Below, one piece after another: positions 10,425 to 23,759 of a stretch of 64,000 nt of DNA. The DNA lies in NCBI GenBank assembly GCA_013265495.1, contig MU060666.1, positions 940,128 through 1,004,127 of the forward strand, written 5' to 3'. Each line of letters begins with the position of its first letter. Positions within the stretch are counted from its first letter, which is position 1. Below the pieces are notes generated by a model. The model did no database searches. It was not told the origin of the DNA and was given only the letters and a program-made list of their open reading frames with translations. The position numbers were made by a program, and so were the translations under genes. This stretch comes from Vicugna vicugna (Eukaryota).

Positions 10425-13400
10425 CAGGCCGATCACTCCGCAGAATCTCACGTAAGGATCAAAGCTGTTAAGAGGCAGAGCCTAGACCCAGTGTGTCTGC
10501 TCAAAGGCAGGAGGAGGCTGGGGCCTGCCCTGCTGTCCTCAGTGCCCTGGAGGGGGCGCAGATGGGCACCCAGCGCCCTGGGGCTGGAGCAGCCCTCCAA
10601 GCAGCCACCGTCTCCCCACAGTGGAGGGGAGGGGGCTTGCCCTGTGCTGCCTGCGTCCACATGAACTGTCCCGTCTGAGACTTGCTCCTGTCCCCTGGGG
10701 TCAAGCATCAAACGGCAGCAACCCCCACCTGCCTCTTCCCTAATTCTCAACCCAGACCCCAACCTGTGGTCTACACTGTGTGAAGCTGGGGAAGCCCAGG
10801 AGGGCTGGTCCCTCTCATCTGGGCCCTCCCCGCCCACCTCTGCACCCCAGGTGAGAGGAACAGAGCCCACTGCAGACCAGCCCTAAAGCTTTTCTGTCCA
10901 GGTCCATCACTCACTCGAGCCAGAGCAGAGTTGGCAGCTGCGGCTTCCAACACCTTGTCAGGAGTCCGGGTCTGACGCCGACAAGACCCCAGCCCTCTCC
11001 CCATTCACCCCCACCCGGCTCTGAGAAGGCTGTCGGGCCTCCTCACGTCTCTGGGAAGAGTGAAGGCATTTCCCTTCAGCAGCGAGGGAGGTGCCAGCAG
11101 GTCTGCTCCAGACCCAGACTCCTTCACTGAGAACCACGTCCCGACACCCCCACCCCCACCCCCACAGCCTCCCAGCCCGAGGGACAAGGAACCGAGACCA
11201 GATCTTTCTGGCCAGCAGGGGCCTCCGAGAGCAGGGTCAGTCCGCAGGCACCACACCTGCCAGGCCGAGAGTCCACACCTCTCATCCACGATTCCAAATG
11301 TCAACAGCTCTGAAAGCAACCCTTTCTAAACCTGTAACAGTCACCTGGCAGCCACATGTGACCTGAAGTGATGTGTTAATTTACCCACTTAATGGGAGTA
11401 TTTGTGTCTTGCTGCAGAAGTGTTAATGTTTGACTCTGGGTACCACCCAGTCCTGAAGAGCAGTGTTGGCGTGCTTTACAGTTTTTAAAAATCCAAAATC
11501 TTCAACCGAGAAACATAATCTGGTCTCAGACCAATCCTGAAGCAGCATCCCCAGGCTGTAGAGCAGACCCGTCCCTGTGGGGCCGCGGGGGAGGGAGGGG
11601 ACCCCCTGCCCCTCCTGCCAGCCTCTCCCACTCGACCCGGCCTCTCTTCCTCTCCAAACCCCCCAAAACCCCCCATCAGTTCAAGGCGAGTTTCAACTCT
11701 TCAACTGGCTCAGGATCCAAACTGAACAAGGGGCCCTGCCGTGGTTGGAAGCCCTGCCCCCATCCCTGAGCAGTGGGGGTGGGGAGGACATGGAAGCTGG
11801 AGAAATTAGGGAACTGACTAATTCTGAAAACACTTACTTAACCGACTCTGGCCTTACGGATAAGGTGCCCACTCAGTTCCACGGACATCCATCCGTTCAG
11901 GGCGCCAGCCTGGGAGGGGCCCCAGGACAAGGATGACGGAGGCCCCACAGCCCCCGTGTCTCAGGTCTCCAGAGAGCCCGTCCCAGGGCAGGTCCCAGGA
12001 GGAGTCCCATCCTCACCACCTCCGGTTTCCTCAGAGCGTCCTCCCTTCCTCCCCATCCCATCCTGTCCTGCTTACAGGAAGCTGGAGCCCAGAGCCTTGT
12101 TCAGGCAGCGAGCGCCAGGGCCTCCCCACCCTCTGAGCACCCCCAAAGCTAGTGCCAGCAGCCCCCCTGGCTCATCCCCAAGTACTCTCTTCTCCTAGCA
12201 CAGGGCGGCCTCAAGGCAGGACCCAGCCCAGGGAATGACCCCGACAAGCCTCCTAGGAAGAGGGGAGCAGAGGACTTCCTCCGGGGCCCGGGCCGGGGTG
12301 GGGGCGAGATGCCCGAAAGCACCTGGCCAGCCCCCTCCCGAGCCCAGGTCAGATCTCGCCCTCTCAGGAGACACATGTGCCCCACCTCCAGCTGTCCCAG
12401 GGTCCCCACTACAGACAGGCCTCCCATGGGGACAGGAGCTGCCTCGTCAGGGGTGGTTCTCAGGACCTCCTCACAGAGCCGCCGGCCACTTGATGGCCGG
12501 TTCCAAGCCAGCCTGACAGCCAGGAAGCCCCGGCAGATGCCGGGCACAGCTCTGCCTGCAGCAGGAGGCCTACGAGGCAGCAAGGCCTGCCCGAGACTCA
12601 GCAGACCCCAGGCTCAGTCCGGGGCAGCTGCGCTGCACAGGCCACGGGCGCTCAGTCCCTGGAGGAGCAGCAACGACGGCCAGCGCTGGGCCCCCATGGC
12701 CTGCACACCCTGCCCAGGACAGCCCGGGGCACGAGCCCTGCCCGGCCGTCTACGGCTCCCCACCCAGGCCAGGGAGGGCCCACTCCTCGGGGCAAGGCCA
12801 AGCCCTGGCTCCAGTACTGCCCTGGCCCCTGGGCAGCACCTGACCTTGACAGCTGCTCCTTGAGCCCCCTTCTCGGCTTCCAAGACCCTACCCATTCCCG
12901 GATTCCCTACCTCTCTGGTCACCCCCGAGACCAGACACCCAGTGACACCCAGCCAGGGCCAGCAGGGAGCTGTGGACAGCCGGGCCCCACACCTGCTGCT
13001 CAACGCACCCTCCAGCCTCTGACCCGCACTGCCCAGGGAGCCCTCTCCACAGCCCAAGGCCCCCAGACCCACAGTGCTGCCCCCTCACCCCACATCCAGG
13101 GACAGCCCACACCCTCGGGCAGGACAGCTCCAGAGAAGCCCAAGGCCTGCCGAAGCCCCGCCGGCCGAGGCAATGCTTGGTCCAAACAGATGAGGCGCAC
13201 ATTCACCCATCTGCCAGGGTCAAGAGAAAAGCTCTCGTAATGACTAAAAGGGGAAGATAGGGTCAGGCTGCTTAACGGAAGGCGCAGACGGTGGCAAAGT
13301 GACAAGTGGCACAGGCCTCTTACGCCAGGCCTCGGAGGGAATCGCAGACGTGTGACTCGGACACATTCCTGCCAAGCTCCCAGGGAGGGACGGGGACAGA

Positions 13401-15696
13401 GCCAGGCGAGCTGGACAGAAAAGGAGGAAGCGCGGTCATGTGAAAAGCCTGTCTCCCAGCCCCACAACACCAGACAGACAGAGGCCACACCAACTGTCCC
13501 CAGGACTGCACCCCAACTTCCAAACCACCGCAGAGCCTCATGGGAAGCATCCAGCCTCTCCGGCTGCCCACCTCCCCTGCCCCCAGCCCCCCAGCAGACA
13601 GAGGGCCGGGACACCCCTGCGTGAAGACCCAAGCACCAGGGGGGCCCTCACTGCTTGGGCCTGTCCTTCTCAACCCAGACGGGGGGGAGGGCACGGAGGA
13701 CACGCCTCGGAGGGAGTCACAGTGTCTGGTCCCAACTTGGACCCCACACTTGTCCTCAGAGGACCCACGTCTCCTCGCTGCATCCACCACCCAGAGGCAG
13801 GGAGGACAGCAATCGCAACACAAAAAGGAAGACGCCAGTTCCCAGATGTAGGTACCCCACCCCTTGCTTTTGGGCCGCTGTAACCCCAAGACTCTCCCCA
13901 GAAGAGTAGAGAGCCTGATCCACATTTTGTGCAACCAGGGGCCGAGAAGCAGAAGCCACGGGCCTCCGATGACATGACACAGGTCCCATCCGAGGGGAAG
14001 GGAGAGATCAGGGAAATGCGCCCCGCCCAGCAGCAGCCTGGAAGCTCCCCCTGCTCCCCAGGGGTATCTGCTGGTCTCCGCTCCTCTGCACTCAGGGGCT
14101 CTGGCCAGCAAGAGCCTCAGAGCATCCCATCAGACACCCCATTTCTCAGATGGGGAAGTGGGCCCAGCTAGTAGCAGGGAAGGCCAGGATCTGAGCCCCC
14201 TTCTCTGGCAGGCCAGGCACTGCAGGAGACACTGGAACCCCAGCCTGATGACTCTGCTCCAGGTGACCCTGATCCGCCTTGACTGCCAGCCTGACGCCCC
14301 TCCTGACACTTGGAAATCACTCAACACCAGTCCTCTTTCCCTCAAAATAGACCCTCGGAATCCCCAACCTGAGCTGCGTGGGGACAGAAGGACCCTGGAC
14401 ACAGCAGCGCTCTGAGCGCCTAGGACCAGCCTCAAAGCCAAGCATAGCAGCCACCTCTCTGTGCATCTTCCCAGCATTGCCAGCGGCTCTCTCCACAGGG
14501 GACCAAGAGTTGACTCTTGCCCTGCCCGGCAGCACATGACCAGCCTCCCAGTACATACATACACACACCTGTCTCCAAGCCCACCACATGCCTTCAACCC
14601 CAACAGTTCTGACGCCCCCAGGTGCTGAGGGTAAAGCAACTTTCTAGAGGCCACCAGCTATCCTCCTCCCCACATTCTCCAAAGGCCAGAGTTTCACCAG
14701 TGGTGTCAGAGACACTGTTTTGGGTTTGCATGCAGCCCAGAGGCTCTCCCCTGCCCACAGCCCCCTTATTAAGCACACGGTGGGCTCCAGAGTCCAGCCT
14801 CCCACCCCATTTCTGACGTCCTCCTCTTTCCAGGCCCTCGTCTCCCACAGCTGCCCTGCTATGACTGAAATCGTTAACTTCCCCTTGACTCCACTCTGGG
14901 ACTTCCAAATACACTTTTGAAATTAAGTCTCAGTGTAAACCTGAGTTTCTCAATACCATCTCAGAAACTTCAACTTCCTCCTCCCGCACAGGCTGAACAC
15001 CCAGTCCTTGCTAAGCCTTCCCTGACTTTCTAAGCTGTCCGCGCACTGGAATCCACCAAGGGCAGAAACCAGGTCTTATGTGAATCCTCAAGACCCACAC
15101 AGAACAAGTCTCTCGTCGTTGCATCTCACGCGCTATAAAAGCAGTCGTGAGAGGATTCTGGAGGCTCCAGATTGAGAAAACGCAGTATTGCTCCCACCCC
15201 AGAGAACCTCGGCATTTCTGTCCTGGTCCAGCTAACGGCCCTGATGGGGACAAGGTAGCCCTTACAGCGCAGCTCCCAGGCTCCCTGGACCTCCATCCAG
15301 CTCCCGGACCACACTGGCCATCTGAGTCAGGGCTCTCCTGCCCACGCACTTCCCACCCTTCCCAGGAAAAGAGAACCTTTCACCACGTTTGAGAATCAAC
15401 TGCAGAGCAAACCTGCAAGTACCAAAACCACAGATGTCAGTCCACTACTAACATTTCCGCATCCCACCCACTTGGGACTCAATGGCCCCAGAAGCACTCA
15501 ACTCCCCAGGAAAGGGGACCCAGTCCCCTCCACCCCATGAAACATGTTCCCATCCAAAGACAGGTGAACCCACTCTCTCCCACACCCCAGGTCAGTGGCT
15601 TGTCTCAAATCTGACCGCCTCCCCCAACAACCCTGCCTTTATGAGGTTCTGAGTGTGTCCTTAGAGGCTCCTGGGGCCCCCAGGCCTGTGACATAC

Positions 15697-15799
15697 CTGC
15701 AGACAGGGCAGCCTCCAACGACAACGATGGAATTGGCAGGGTACCGGGTGACATTTCGACTGTGGATGTTGTAGACCCTGGGATGGTGGGTGGGTATCC
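15697..15799 (-). CDS. BRI3: BRI3 coding exon 2
   Basis: Acceptor cctgcccacag, donor gtatgt; (G)[33 protein letters not shown](R); 103 nt with consistent phases. Confidence 0.97.
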
Positions 15800-15999
15800 C
15801 TGTGGGCAGGAAGGCACATCAGAGGGGGGACAGGGAGAAAACCAGGGTAGTCTGAGGTCTACTTCTCCTGTCCTTCCCCTCTCCCCACTAAAAACTCTCA
15901 TCCTTTCCTAAATCAAGTCAACAGCTGTCTCCACTAAGTGCCTACTATGGACTTTATGAGATGCTGACTTGCAGACAGCACCTCGTTAATAAAGTTAAT

Positions 16000-17260
16000 T
16001 CTCAGCGAGGTTGTGATGCTTCCTGGGAAGGACGGGCCGGGCGCGCGCGACCCCGCAGGTGGGCTGAGGGCCATCGGGCAGCGGCCAGATTCGGGGGCAC
16101 GACCGCAGGTTCCCAGGGCTAAGATTTCCCCCAACCCTTCCCCATGGGCGGAGCCCCCGGGTCTCCCCTCGGCCGCGCCCCCGCCTCCCCGTCCGGAGAA
16201 AAGTTGGTTTCGGGGTTAAAGGTCGCCACAGAACTCCGCCCAAAGTTTGCTCCCGGGGACCCCGGGGCCGGCGCCCCGCCAGCTCGGCCGGCCCCCGGCC
16301 CCGGGCCGACCCCCACCTCCCCCCCGGCCCCCGGCCCACCTGTGACGAGGTAGGGGTACGGCGGCGGCGGGGCGGCGGCGGGGATGGCGCCGTAGCCGTG
16401 CGGGCCGCACGCGAAGTCGCCCTGGCCTGCCTCCAGGTTGTAGGCGGGCGGCCGCTCCTGCAGCAGGGGCTTGTGGTCCATGGCGGGCGGCGCCCACCGC
16501 GCCCGGCCCGGCTCCCGCTCGCGCTCCCGCTCCCGCAGGGACTCCGGCTGCGGCTCGGACTCGCGGAGACGCCCGGACGCCCGGCGGCGGGACCCGCTCC
16601 TCGCGGGCGGCGGTGGCGGCGGCGGCGGGGCTGGGCCCCCTGGAGGCGGGCGCCGCGGGCTTCCCCCCGCGCCTCCCCCCGCCAGTCACAAGACCCGGGT
16701 CACGTGGCACGGCTCCCGGCGAGGGGGCGGCGCGGGGCGGGGCCGGCGGCGTCTTAAAGGGGCCGCGCCCGCCCTCGACCGCCCCGCCGGCAGCTTGGTG
16801 GCGGTGACACGGTGCGCTTCGCGGCTGCGCCTCCGCCTCCCCAGCCCACATCTGCGGCCCCAGCCTCACACCACGAGGAGACCCCCCACACACACACGAC
16901 GGCCCGGAGATGCCGCACTCGGTCGCGACCCTATGGCCCGTTGACCTCTCCCTCCCAGCGCCAGGTCCAGTCCCAACGATCTCGGAGAACGGAGGCCCGT
17001 GGCCGGCAGGAGATCCGGGGTCCCGAGCCCACCCACCACCGGAGAATGCAGGAGCCTGGGACAGGGGCGGCCGGAGGAGGGGCCTGGCCGGGGGAGTCCG
17101 CAGGCCGCCCCCTGGTTGTCGCCGCCCCTGGGCATAGGGGCCGGGGACTCCGCATTCTGACCGACCCGGGATCCCGATCAGGGCGCGGCCAGGGACAGTA
17201 GAAGCGCAAACTACCGAGGGAAAAAGCGAGCGATGCATGCGAACCGTGTCTGCTCGCTCT
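16000..17260 (-). promoter_or_regulatory. BRI3: BRI3 CpG-island promoter
   Basis: Very high GC and CpG density around exon 1, multiple GGGGCGGGG GC boxes, and a GTCACGTGGC E-box at 16699-16708. Confidence 0.9.
16340..16481 (-). CDS. BRI3: BRI3 coding exon 1 (brain protein I3, lysosomal membrane protein)
   Basis: Strong Kozak gcccgccATGG; [47 protein letters not shown]; donor gtgggc. 142+103+133=378 nt = 125 aa plus stop. Confidence 0.98.
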
Positions 17261-18694
17261 CAGCTGGGGCTCATTCCCTTGGTTTTCTTTAGACAAAATT
17301 AATTCGGTATTTTATATGCATTGTGACCCCTAATTACAAATAACAAACCCTAAATATCGGGCAACACTGCGTGGCAGGCGCTGTGCCACTGTTGTTTCTC
17401 GGTTCATAGATCTTCACAGCCACCCAGGAAGTCCTGATTCCCAGTCTACAGCCCGGAGCCAAGTTCGGAAGAGGGGAGAGACCCAAACTTGACCGCAATA
17501 GCCTCTCTGTCCGCAGCCCTCACTAAAGCACTCCTTAGTGTCACATGCTAGTGCTTAATGGGTTTGTAATAAAACTTTGAACAGAACAATGTGCAAGTTT
17601 GGTCCCCTGACACTCTAGCTCCTCTGCACCCCTCCAGGGCCTCCTGCAGCATTTGGGGTTCCCCGCCTTTCTCATGTGACCCTCACTTTGATCTAGCCCG
17701 GGGACAACTCTCAGACCCCGCCTCACTTTAAACTTTTCATAGGAGACCATCGTGTTTATCACAAGTGTAGTTCCTCGAAGCCCCTTCCCATCTGTCTTTT
17801 ATCTCCTTTACTGGTCATGGTCCCAACAATCTCGTGGGGAGGAGTGAGGGGCAGGCCAGGTAAGGGCCTGGCTGGCAGTGGGGGGAGAGCCCGGTCAAGA
17901 ACAGAGGCTGGCTCAGAGTGACCAAGGACTTCCAGGCTACCAGAGGTCCTGGCTGCGGCTGGCCCGGAGGGGGAGGGGGAGGGGGGTCGCGGCGGGAACA
18001 GCTGTGAGCAAGGAACCATAGGTTGAGAGCAGCTCTGAAATCAACAGAAAACTGAGGTGAAACCCCAAGCCTCACCAAGGAGCGAGGCAAGTGCGCTTGG
18101 GCAGGCCCTCTCACACTGGTCAGCTGTGAGGCCCCCATCCTTCCCTGCCTTGCCAACTGCTATGCCTTTTTCCTATCAGACTGAGGGCAAATTGGCAGAG
18201 ATGCCTTCAGTTTCATGGTTAATTTTCCCTTCCCGCCAGGTCTGCGTTGCTGATCAAACTTCAGGAAATCCATAGCCTCTGGCTCCCTTCTCATCCACGA
18301 ATTGATTCCCCCACCCCACCCAGCAGTGCCCTCCAGCTTGGAAACCTGTATCTGCGAATGTGTGATTTCCCTACAAAGCAGGCCCCTCCTCCTTCATTCG
18401 TGCATTAAGCCAAGAGAGCAGTTCTATCTCAGGTTCCCCCAAGCAAGGCCTGGAGGGTCCAAAGATAACTGGTGCCTGGGACACAACAAAAAAAGCAGTC
18501 AGATAGCAAGCCAGACAGTGAGCGATAGGGCAGTGAAGATTGTGGGTGAGAGTCATCAGTCCCAGTGAGCCCTGGATGCCCCTGGACCAGGGGACCAGCA
18601 TTCCGGGTAGAGAGCGGGCAGCAACCCAGGACCCGCTAAGACTCTTAAGTCTCTGGGTGTGGCGGGAGCCCTGGGAGGGTCTCCAGGAGGCAAG

Positions 18695-18746
18695 GGCGGG
18701 GCTGGACCAGGGGAGGCGGGGCTGGACCAGGGAAGGCGGTGCTGGA
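18695..18746. repeat. 20-bp tandem repeat, about 2.6 copies
   Basis: ggcggggctggaccagggga / ggcggggctggaccagggaa / ggcggtgctgga. Confidence 0.88.
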
Positions 18747-19799
18747 TGTTGGAGTTGGGACTGCATCCTGGGGAAAGCCTCTTGCTAAACCGCAAGGAGT
18801 TATTAAACAGAGAAGGAAGAGCATCAGATCAGGTACTAGAAAAATGACTTTGTCTCAGTGTGAAGGGTGACAGGAGGTAGGGGATCCAAGAGAATGGGAC
18901 GGCTTGGGAAAGGGAGAGGAGAGGCCAGGTGTGAGAGAGGTGAAGAGCCCATTGAGATCTGGTGACCTCCTGGGTGGATGTGGGAGATCCAGGACCCTCA
19001 AGTTTCTGGCTCAGGTGACAGTGGTGCCAGAACCTGGCTGTGGGTCAGGAGGAGCCAGTGGGAGGGGACAGGGACAGGGACGGGTGGGGAGGCCAGCAGC
19101 CCAGGCAAGCTTGGTACGCACATATCCTGAAACCCACACTTTACCAAAGGAAAGTGTGTGCATCTGTGAAGCACCATCCTTAGGATAAAGTTAAAGATCT
19201 GAGCCCATCTCAGTGGCTAACGGACGTTCACCCACGAGTACTCTGGAGCACAGACTCTGCCCCCAGGATGCTACAAAACTGGCGACATCCTTCCTTGTGG
19301 AGCTGACACTTTACCGGAATGGGGAACGTGTTAGAAAGTGGTAGGTGCCACGGGGAGAAAGAGTAGGGTGAAGGGCACAGGGAGTGAGGCGGCAAGGCGG
19401 TGCAGTTGTGGGCGATTTTCCAACGGTGTTCTAAGTGGGCGTGTTCAGAAAGTGGGCGGAGCCTGGACGGAGGTAGGAGAGTTGGTGAGGAGGCCAGAAG
19501 GACCAGCTTTTGTGTGTTTGCTAGTTCGCCTGTGTTTTAAGGTAAGGGGAAGTAACACTATGTGTATAAGTTGATGGGAACAAATGGATACAGAAGAAGA
19601 GAATGTGCGAGGAGGGGAGGAGGAGGTGAAGAAGGATGAGGTCCCTGGTGGGATCCCAGAAGTCATGCACAGAAACGGGAGAAGGTGGAGCACGTGGGCC
19701 CAGGGGCAGGTGGGCGGGTGGACAGAGGGATGCTCTCTTCTGATGGCTTCTGTTTTCTATATGAAACAGGAAACAAGGTCAGCTTCCAGGAGTAATCTC

Positions 19800-19960
19800 A
19801 CCTACAAGCTACTGCTATCCCAGCTCATTTTGAAGGTCATCCTGTGAAGTGGGCATTGACATCCCCTAATTGCTTGATGAGGAAACCAAAACACAAAGAA
19901 GTTCCATGACTTTTCCGCAGTCTCCCAACCACAGAAGTTGGATCTTCAGATCCCAGATCC
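19800..19960 (-). mobile_element. MIR fragment
   Basis: catcctgtgaagtgggcattgacatcccc...gatgaggaaaccaaaacacaaagaagttccatgactt. Confidence 0.55.
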
Positions 19961-20756
19961 AGCATGCGACCCTCACCATCACAGCATGCAGCCTTCATGC
20001 CAAGTGCAGGAGAAAAGCCAGCCACTGTGTGCTGATTTCAATGGGAAGACATTCTTCTTGATGCAGACTTGGAACCTACCTTTCTCTAGGCATATTTTTC
20101 AGATGGCTGCAGTTCTGCTCCCAGTCCACTTTTACATCATGCGTATGTTAACAGAAATTTTTCTTTAGCATTGCCATTTCTGTACAAGTGAGAATAGATT
20201 TTAACTGCTACACATGTGTGTTTTCCTCTGGGAGTGCCCAGGAGGGAACCTGGTTGGGGCAGTGGATGTGCTGGCCCCTGACTGGGGGTAGGGGGTGGGG
20301 ATCTGGGGAAGGTGCCACTGGCCTCCAGACCTTGACCATCACCAAGGACTCTCCTCAGATGTAACCAAAGGAAACCAAAACCAGGATCATGTGGTTTCTG
20401 GCAGGATTTGGGAAATGCTCACCCAGCATGTGAGCTGTTTGTACATTCAAGCAGTTAGTACCTCACATGGTTGGGATTGTGGGGAAAAAAAAAAGAAAGG
20501 AAGCAAATATTTCAAACTCCAAGGCTGTAGCTGATTACAAGTTCCCGGCTCAGAGAAAGCCCTCATCAAATATTTGCTAAATGTTTATCTTAGATAAACA
20601 CTGAGTTTGAAATTTTATGGTAAGCCTGTGGTAAGCCTAACAGTTCTCTCGGGCAAATATTTCTAAACATTTTATAAATTAAGCACATAGGTTTGTACAC
20701 ATCACAGATGACAATCTCGTGCAAGTCACGTGGTCAGTTTTCTCATGAATAACATA

Positions 20757-21181
20757 CAGGCAGACCTGGTTTCATTGTACTTTGCAGACACTGCATTTTT
20801 TACAAATTAAAGGTCGGTGGCAACCCTGCGTTGAGCAAGTCCATTGGCGCCATTTTCCAAAGAACATTTGCTCACATCATGTCTCTGTGTCACATTTTGG
20901 TGATACTCTCAATACTTCAAACTTGTCGCAGTGACCTGTGATCTTTGATGTTACCACTATAACTGAAGGCTCAGATGATGGTTAGCATTTTCTAGCAATA
21001 AAGGATTTCTTAAGTGAGACGTGCATATTGGTTTTTTGGACATAATGCTGTTGTACACTTGAAAAACTACTGTGTAATATAAACATCACTTTCCTATGCA
21101 CTGGGAAACCAAAAAATTCGTGTGACTCTCTTTATTGAGATGGTCTGGAACCGAACCCGCAATATCTCTGAGTTCTGCCTG
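20757..21181. mobile_element. Internally deleted Tigger1 (TcMar) non-autonomous element, Tigger1a_Art-like
   Basis: TA target duplication on both sides (20755-20756, 21182-21183) and CAGGCAGA terminal inverted repeats. Both arms match recalled Tigger1 ends (ttacaaatt.aaggt..gtggcaaccctgc; ggtctggaaccgaacccgcaatatctc). Confidence 0.85.
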
Positions 21182-23640
21182 TATATACTGCTATGTTGAA
21201 ATCCAGACAAGGCCCTTCATTCACTAAGGGATGGTCCTCACTGCATAATCCTGCCCAGTAGAGTACACTTACTCATGCAATGAAACATAGAAAGCGTCTC
21301 TTTGTCAATATTTTCTAGCAATTCTCACAAGAACACAGAATAAATTCCGGACAGCAACTTTCTAGCAAAATAAGTTACCAAACAGCTGTGCTTAAATTAA
21401 GCCTCTGAAAGGCAGCCCAGTGTTAACAGACGTAACTGATGTATCTAGACCAATAATAGTTGGCTAAAACATGGATGTCAACACGTTTATGGAAACCATG
21501 CACAAAATTAATTGAATGCCTTTTATCTCTGCCAAATTCAGAGTAAGAGAACAGGGTGCTTCTCCAAGACTTCTTGGCTGGGGGCTGGGGGAAGCCAAGA
21601 GAATTTCAGGCACATTTGGATGTTGGGGGAAGCACGCGGAGGAAGCGGACAGTGGTGGGAACTGCTCTACAGTCTCCCTGTGTGGCTTGAATGAGTCACT
21701 TCACCTTCGGGAGCCGAGCTTTCTTACACGGAGACGTCCAACATCCTTTCAGAACTATAACAGCATCCCTTCTGTGGGGGCTGTTTGATCTCATCACCTT
21801 CCAGAATGGCCGTCTCTCAACGGAACTTCAAGGGAGAAACCAACGTTTGTCACACTCTGTGCATTGTGCACCATGCGGGAGTCACACTTCGTACCGGGGC
21901 TGTGACATTCAGGTATCACCAAGTCACCCTCAACTTGAAGATGAGAAAAGAGCCCGTCTCCCCCCTGGGTCAGGCCCACTGAAGCCCCTTGTGTCTTCTC
22001 TCCACCCCATTGGGGGCATCCCCTGTTCCAGGCTAGAAATAGGTCTGGACCATTCCAGAAGGCCATTCCCGGTTTTATCAAATTGAGAGTCCCCAGAGAG
22101 TAGGGGAGATGCCCGTTAAGATGATTCCAGCTCTTTGGGACCCACTCGATGCTCTTGTGTGATTAGAGTGACCTACCTCTCAGATTTCCTACCCTCTGCC
22201 AGACGCCAGTGGAAGTTACTCAGATTTACAGAAGGCATCTCCCTTCGAAATCTGCCACCAAGTGAACCTGTGACCACTGACCAGGGCACCGAATCTGGTG
22301 ACAGCCAGGCATCTTCTCTGGCTTGGGGGAAGCAAATGACCGCACCCGAGTTGAGAGGAGAGGGCACTTCCTTAGGTCAGGAAGGGACCTCTGCAGGCCA
22401 CCCCCAGGTCGTGATTTTTACGGGGCCCTGCAGGGCCTATGAGGGTCCTGGTTACCCTCTCTCTCTGCCATTATTCTCTTTGGCCAGTGACACCCAGTTC
22501 TCCTGTGGGCCGCAGAGGGAGACAGAAGAAACCGTATGGTCACCGGGCCCTGGCTTCGTAAAACAAGTGGGCCTGGAGGACAGAGGAGGGCAGGGGTCCT
22601 GAGGACGGAGAGGCCACCTCCGCTGTGAGGGCCCCACTCCACTACCCCGGCAGCCTGCTCCATCCCCTCTGCTGGACAGGCCCACCCTGACCCCTCCTAC
22701 CTGCTGCTTGCACCGTGGACATAGCTGGCTTCAGTGAGATACCCCTGGGCGGTGGGAGGGAGCCTGAGGAAGGGGCTGGGAAGAGCCCCCTTATGCTCCA
22801 GCAGAAGATGGGTGGTGGGCGACATGAAGGAGTGACAGGGACGGCCTCCTGGGTGGGGCCATCGCGGGGCAGGAAGGCCGGGGAGGGCTGGGCTGGGCCC
22901 CTGCGGGGGCACAGAATGCAGCCTCATAATCCTGCCCTGCCACCAAGATTCTCAGGTTCTGAGCACAGAGTCCTGCCAGAAGAGGTTCGTGGTATCTCTG
23001 ACTGGATTTCACCCCTGGGAGCTGGAAGAAGCGCCTTTAATAGCAGTGCCCCTGGGATCCCGATAAAAACCCTGACTTACCAGGTAGGGACTGGAGAGCC
23101 AGCCAGGTGAGAAGAAGATGTGACAAAGGCCCAGCATCAGACTTTCTCCTGTGTCCCTAGGAAGTGTCAGCAGGGACAGGTGGGGCGAGGACTGTAGGCA
23201 AGAATGGCCCCTGAAATTCCAGGAACCAGGTCCCTCTCAAATGGGACCGTTGTTCATTTGTTGGCTTTTGTGGGTGGTTCCCCAGCATTCCTTCTGCAGT
23301 TCCAACCCAAGGAAGGGGGATCTCGGGTCTGCGCCTCCACTGGGAGATGGGCACCTACCAGGGTCTGTGCACCCGAGCTGCAGGAGGAGCCCAGAGGGGT
23401 GTCCTCTGTCCACGGACTTCAGCCCTTCAGCTGCTGCAGGTGGAAAATGGTACCAGGTGTGAAACGTGGGCGTGTTCCTAGCTGCTCACCACGTGTGACC
23501 TGAGGAATCTGTTTTCCAATCTGAACTATTACCTGAAGTTCCCATCATTACAATAAGCACAGCTGGATATTGTGGAATATTTTTGTCTTTGGCGCTACCC
23601 ACATTTAAAATATTTTTATTTTAAAGGCACTGTTCTCATG

Positions 23641-23759
23641 TATTTTTATTTGGGGGGAGAGGATTGGGTTTATTTAATTACTTTTTTCAGTCAGAGGATT
23701 GAACCCAGGACCTTGTGTATGCCGAGCATGTGCGCGACCACTTGAGCTGTACCCTCCCC
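23641..23759 (-). mobile_element. Vic-1-type SINE
   Basis: Reverse complement reads GGGGAGGGTACAGCTCAAGTGGTCGCGCACATGCTCGGCATACACAAGGTCCTGGGTTCAATCC plus a T-rich tail on +. Confidence 0.87.

Noticed and set aside
11330-11530. AT-rich island with GTGATG...CTGA resembling C/D snoRNA boxes
   Set aside because: Imperfect C box, no terminal stem seen, and on the opposite strand to the host BRI3 intron.
16216-17238. 340-aa and other long ORFs over the BRI3 CpG island
   Set aside because: A/G/P/R-rich artefacts of extreme GC content; only the MDHKPLL frame is the real exon.
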